Of a stretch of 64,000 nt of DNA, positions 61,611-64,000 are shown piece by piece. A model generated the notes under the pieces. That model made no database searches and had not been told where the DNA came from. It was given only the letters and a program-made list of their open reading frames with translations. This DNA comes from Rhina ancylostomus (taxonomy: Eukaryota): positions 7,432,226 through 7,496,225 of the forward strand of contig JARFYF010000066.1 in NCBI GenBank assembly GCA_030265395.1, written 5' to 3'. The position numbers and the translations under genes were made by a program. Positions within the stretch are counted from its first letter, which is position 1, and each line of letters begins with the position of its first letter.

Positions 61611-62801
61611 CCATGTTCACATTCTTTGACCTGGAGAATTTTCAGCAAATGGCTGTTATGAATGGCACTTTTACATATGTCAGAGCCAAGTGCATCCCAT
61701 CAGCTGACCTGCCTGCAACACCTGTGTAAATTATTGCAGCTTTGCATAATGGTGTAAACCAATGTCAATTATCTTGCTTTGTCGATGTTCTCNNNNNNNN
61801 NNNNNNNNNNNNNNNNNNNNCACATCAGATTTGAAGGATGGGCTTCTCTGAATTTTACTATTCACAGCCCTGTTTTAAAGTATCAAAGGATTCTCCTTCC
61901 TGGTTGTACTGATCCACTAATGGTCAACAGTCATCTTTTTGGGTGGACTGAAATCTACTTAAAATGCATCAATATATTCTCCAAGACTGAGGGTTGCATG
62001 GTCCAATTCTTTCCTCTTGTAACCAATGGTGTATAACATTCTTGTCATTTTCCTCTAGCCAATGCTGTGTACTCCTTGGCAATTACTTTACTTTTCCCTA
62101 GGAATCTAATGGCATGGCAGCTGTTTATTCAGTCGCATCCTCCCTCCATGGAATCTCACAACTCTGCCCCTAATCATTGTCCAACTGTTGTTGCAGTTGG
62201 GAGGGGTAATTTCCAATGTTTAGTATTGAATTTGGACATCTTCAAAACCTGGCACTTCTGACATGCATCTTAGGAGAATGAGATACCCTAACACCAGAAA
62301 TGGTCAGCAACTTGAACTATTAGCTTTGGATACTTCATGAAATGGTCTGGAGCCAGCTGGCGCTTTTTTTTTTTTTGCAGCTTGCTTTCCAACAGCCTCC
62401 TAGAACTGGCAGGTACCCCTCCCTGTTGTGACTTATCATTGAAACATTCCTCTGAATTTTAAAGGAAGAATTATTATCCCCAGACCAATAGTGCAGATGA
62501 TGCTTGTTATAATTCCTGAACCTTCAGACCATTTCTACTAATCTCTTAAAGGCCTTTTGAAACTTTCTAAAGTGAGTTTCAGAAATTGAGAATGCTATTC
62601 TAGTTTGGCATAACTAACTTGCTGTAAATATTTGACATTGCCTGTCTGTCTTGTTATTTTGCACTTTTGCGAAATGTAAATATACTTTGGGCAGTCAAAT
62701 GGTTGAGTGTTTCTAAATGCTTGTTCCACAGACTACCCCAATTCAACAATTAACATTTCTCCATGGAGTGATAATGCAAGGACAGACTGGATTTTGTTTA
62801 G

Positions 62802-63480
62802 GGGGTCATTGGTCGAAGGAGATTTTGAACAACTGCTTCACTTCCTCTGCACTGGAGCAGTCACTGGCCTGTGGATTAAGAACTTTTTGAACTTTCAAGT
62901 GGGAGGACCTGTAAGCTGGCAGTCTGATCAATCCATCTGGTGCAAGGACCAACCGTAAAATGGCACCACTGCTGTGAAACTTCAAAATTAAAGGTTGACA
63001 TTGATGGAACTGTGAAGTCCAAAGACCAGCATGGAATGCTGGTGGTCTTCTTGTAAAATGTTTCTTTTTGTAAATGCCTCCATCTAGTTTTTCCCACCTC
63101 TCCCATCCCTGCCCCTCCTCCCCATCTCTCCACATTCCTATTGATCGGGATTATCCAATGTATGAAGATGGCTCAAAGAAGCACATTTATCCTCCCAACC
63201 TGCAGTGCCCTTCTAGGAAGGAGCCTCGTCAACATTGCCATTGGAAGACTTTTTTTTGGGATGTCCACCTGTATATTGAAGTTCTCACAGCCTCTGTTTT
63301 AGTACCCTGGCTAGTTAACTTGCCTCCTCTGGAGAACTCATCTTGCCAAATATCAGCTGTTCTTGTTAAAAGTATTTTGAACAATATTGAGTACAAGTAT
63401 TTTTGTACTGGTGTAATGAAGAATATTTATGCATCAAGGATTTTTTGTGCAATTAAAATTGTAATCTGTATTATAACTTA
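62802..63480 (+). other. RBPMS2: Probable terminal non-coding 3'UTR exon of RBPMS2 (start and end uncertain)
   Basis: The donor at 59319 implies a downstream UTR exon. Candidate acceptors: T-rich gcAG ending at 62380, or attttgtttAG ending at 62801. AU-rich block at 63390-63460 with ATTAAA at 63452-63457. Confidence 0.5.
63452..63457 (+). terminator. Candidate polyadenylation signal (ATTAAA)
   Basis: ATTAAA in an AU-rich block, with TGTA motifs upstream and GT/T-rich sequence downstream. The UTR may extend further. Confidence 0.35.
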
Positions 63481-64000
63481 ATGTTAGTTCAGTTGAGTTT
63501 GGAAATGCTGAATATAGCCCTTAATGGTAGTTTAAAAGTGCAATTGTATTGTGTTTTTTTGCTTACTTTTGCTGTTAAGTACTTAAAGTATTAGGAGTGT
63601 GGTTGCAATGCTTGTACAAGGACTGCAAGATTTTGAGATGCAAGTTGCTGATCCTTCTAGAATGTGAAACTGGATTATAAAAGACGATGTTAAATAGTTT
63701 CTGCTGTTGTGTATGATTCTAAGGTGCTCTGGGAAGTGCAGATCTTGTGCACACTCTGCTGGATTAACTTTCAAACAATGCTTGTGCAAACTACTTGAAT
63801 AAGGAAACCAACTAGTAATGCTATTGTAAGTTTCTTTTGTATGGGAGAAGTATCCTTTTGGTATAAGTGTATGGGTGTGAGAGTGAGCTACTTGGACTTC
63901 CAAAGGTCATGGCTAATCGTCTACCTACTATATCTAGAAATGGCAACACTAATGCCTTGAATTGATAAGTATCTATAAATCTGTGTGGGATGTATTTATC

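Noticed and set aside
63074-63481. 135-aa ORF in the presumed 3'UTR
   Set aside because: No recognisable domain, and it overlaps UTR-type motifs; treated as a chance ORF.

Overview
Vertebrate genomic DNA, almost certainly from a cartilaginous fish (shark/ray), inferred from its HE1/V-SINE-, CR1/HER1-, Rex1- and Penelope-type repeats. The window lies inside one + strand gene, RBPMS2 (RNA-binding protein with multiple splicing 2/Hermes). Six coding exons with canonical GT-AG sites (5807-5884, 8769-8807, 31415-31477, 38424-38574, 43325-43473, 59249-59311) join in frame to 180 aa plus stop: [26 protein letters not shown]|GYEGSLIKLTSKQ|PVGFVTFDSRAGAEAAKNALN|[51 protein letters not shown]|[49 protein letters not shown]|[20 protein letters not shown]. 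Exon 1 is upstream of the window, and a non-coding 3'UTR exon probably occupies about 62.4/62.8-63.5 kb or more. The introns are filled with decayed retroelements (V-SINEs, CR1, Rex1, RTE, L1/Tx1-like, Gypsy-like, Penelope) and N-gaps; most of the supplied ORF track is noise or transposon debris. I find no new protein-coding system. The best second-look items are: (1) Penelope-derived palindromic elements carrying decayed minimal hammerhead ribozyme motifs; (2) two inverted CR1 fragments in the 3'UTR intron with perfectly complementary cores; (3) a sense-oriented solo LTR with intact-looking promoter and poly(A) signals nested in an RTE LINE; (4) a CAC cluster just after exon 6 suggesting autoregulation; (5) one SINE head carrying two different LINE-like tails. 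Exon coordinates are exact; repeat boundaries are approximate unless stated. Family assignments rest on recalled consensus motifs, not database searches.
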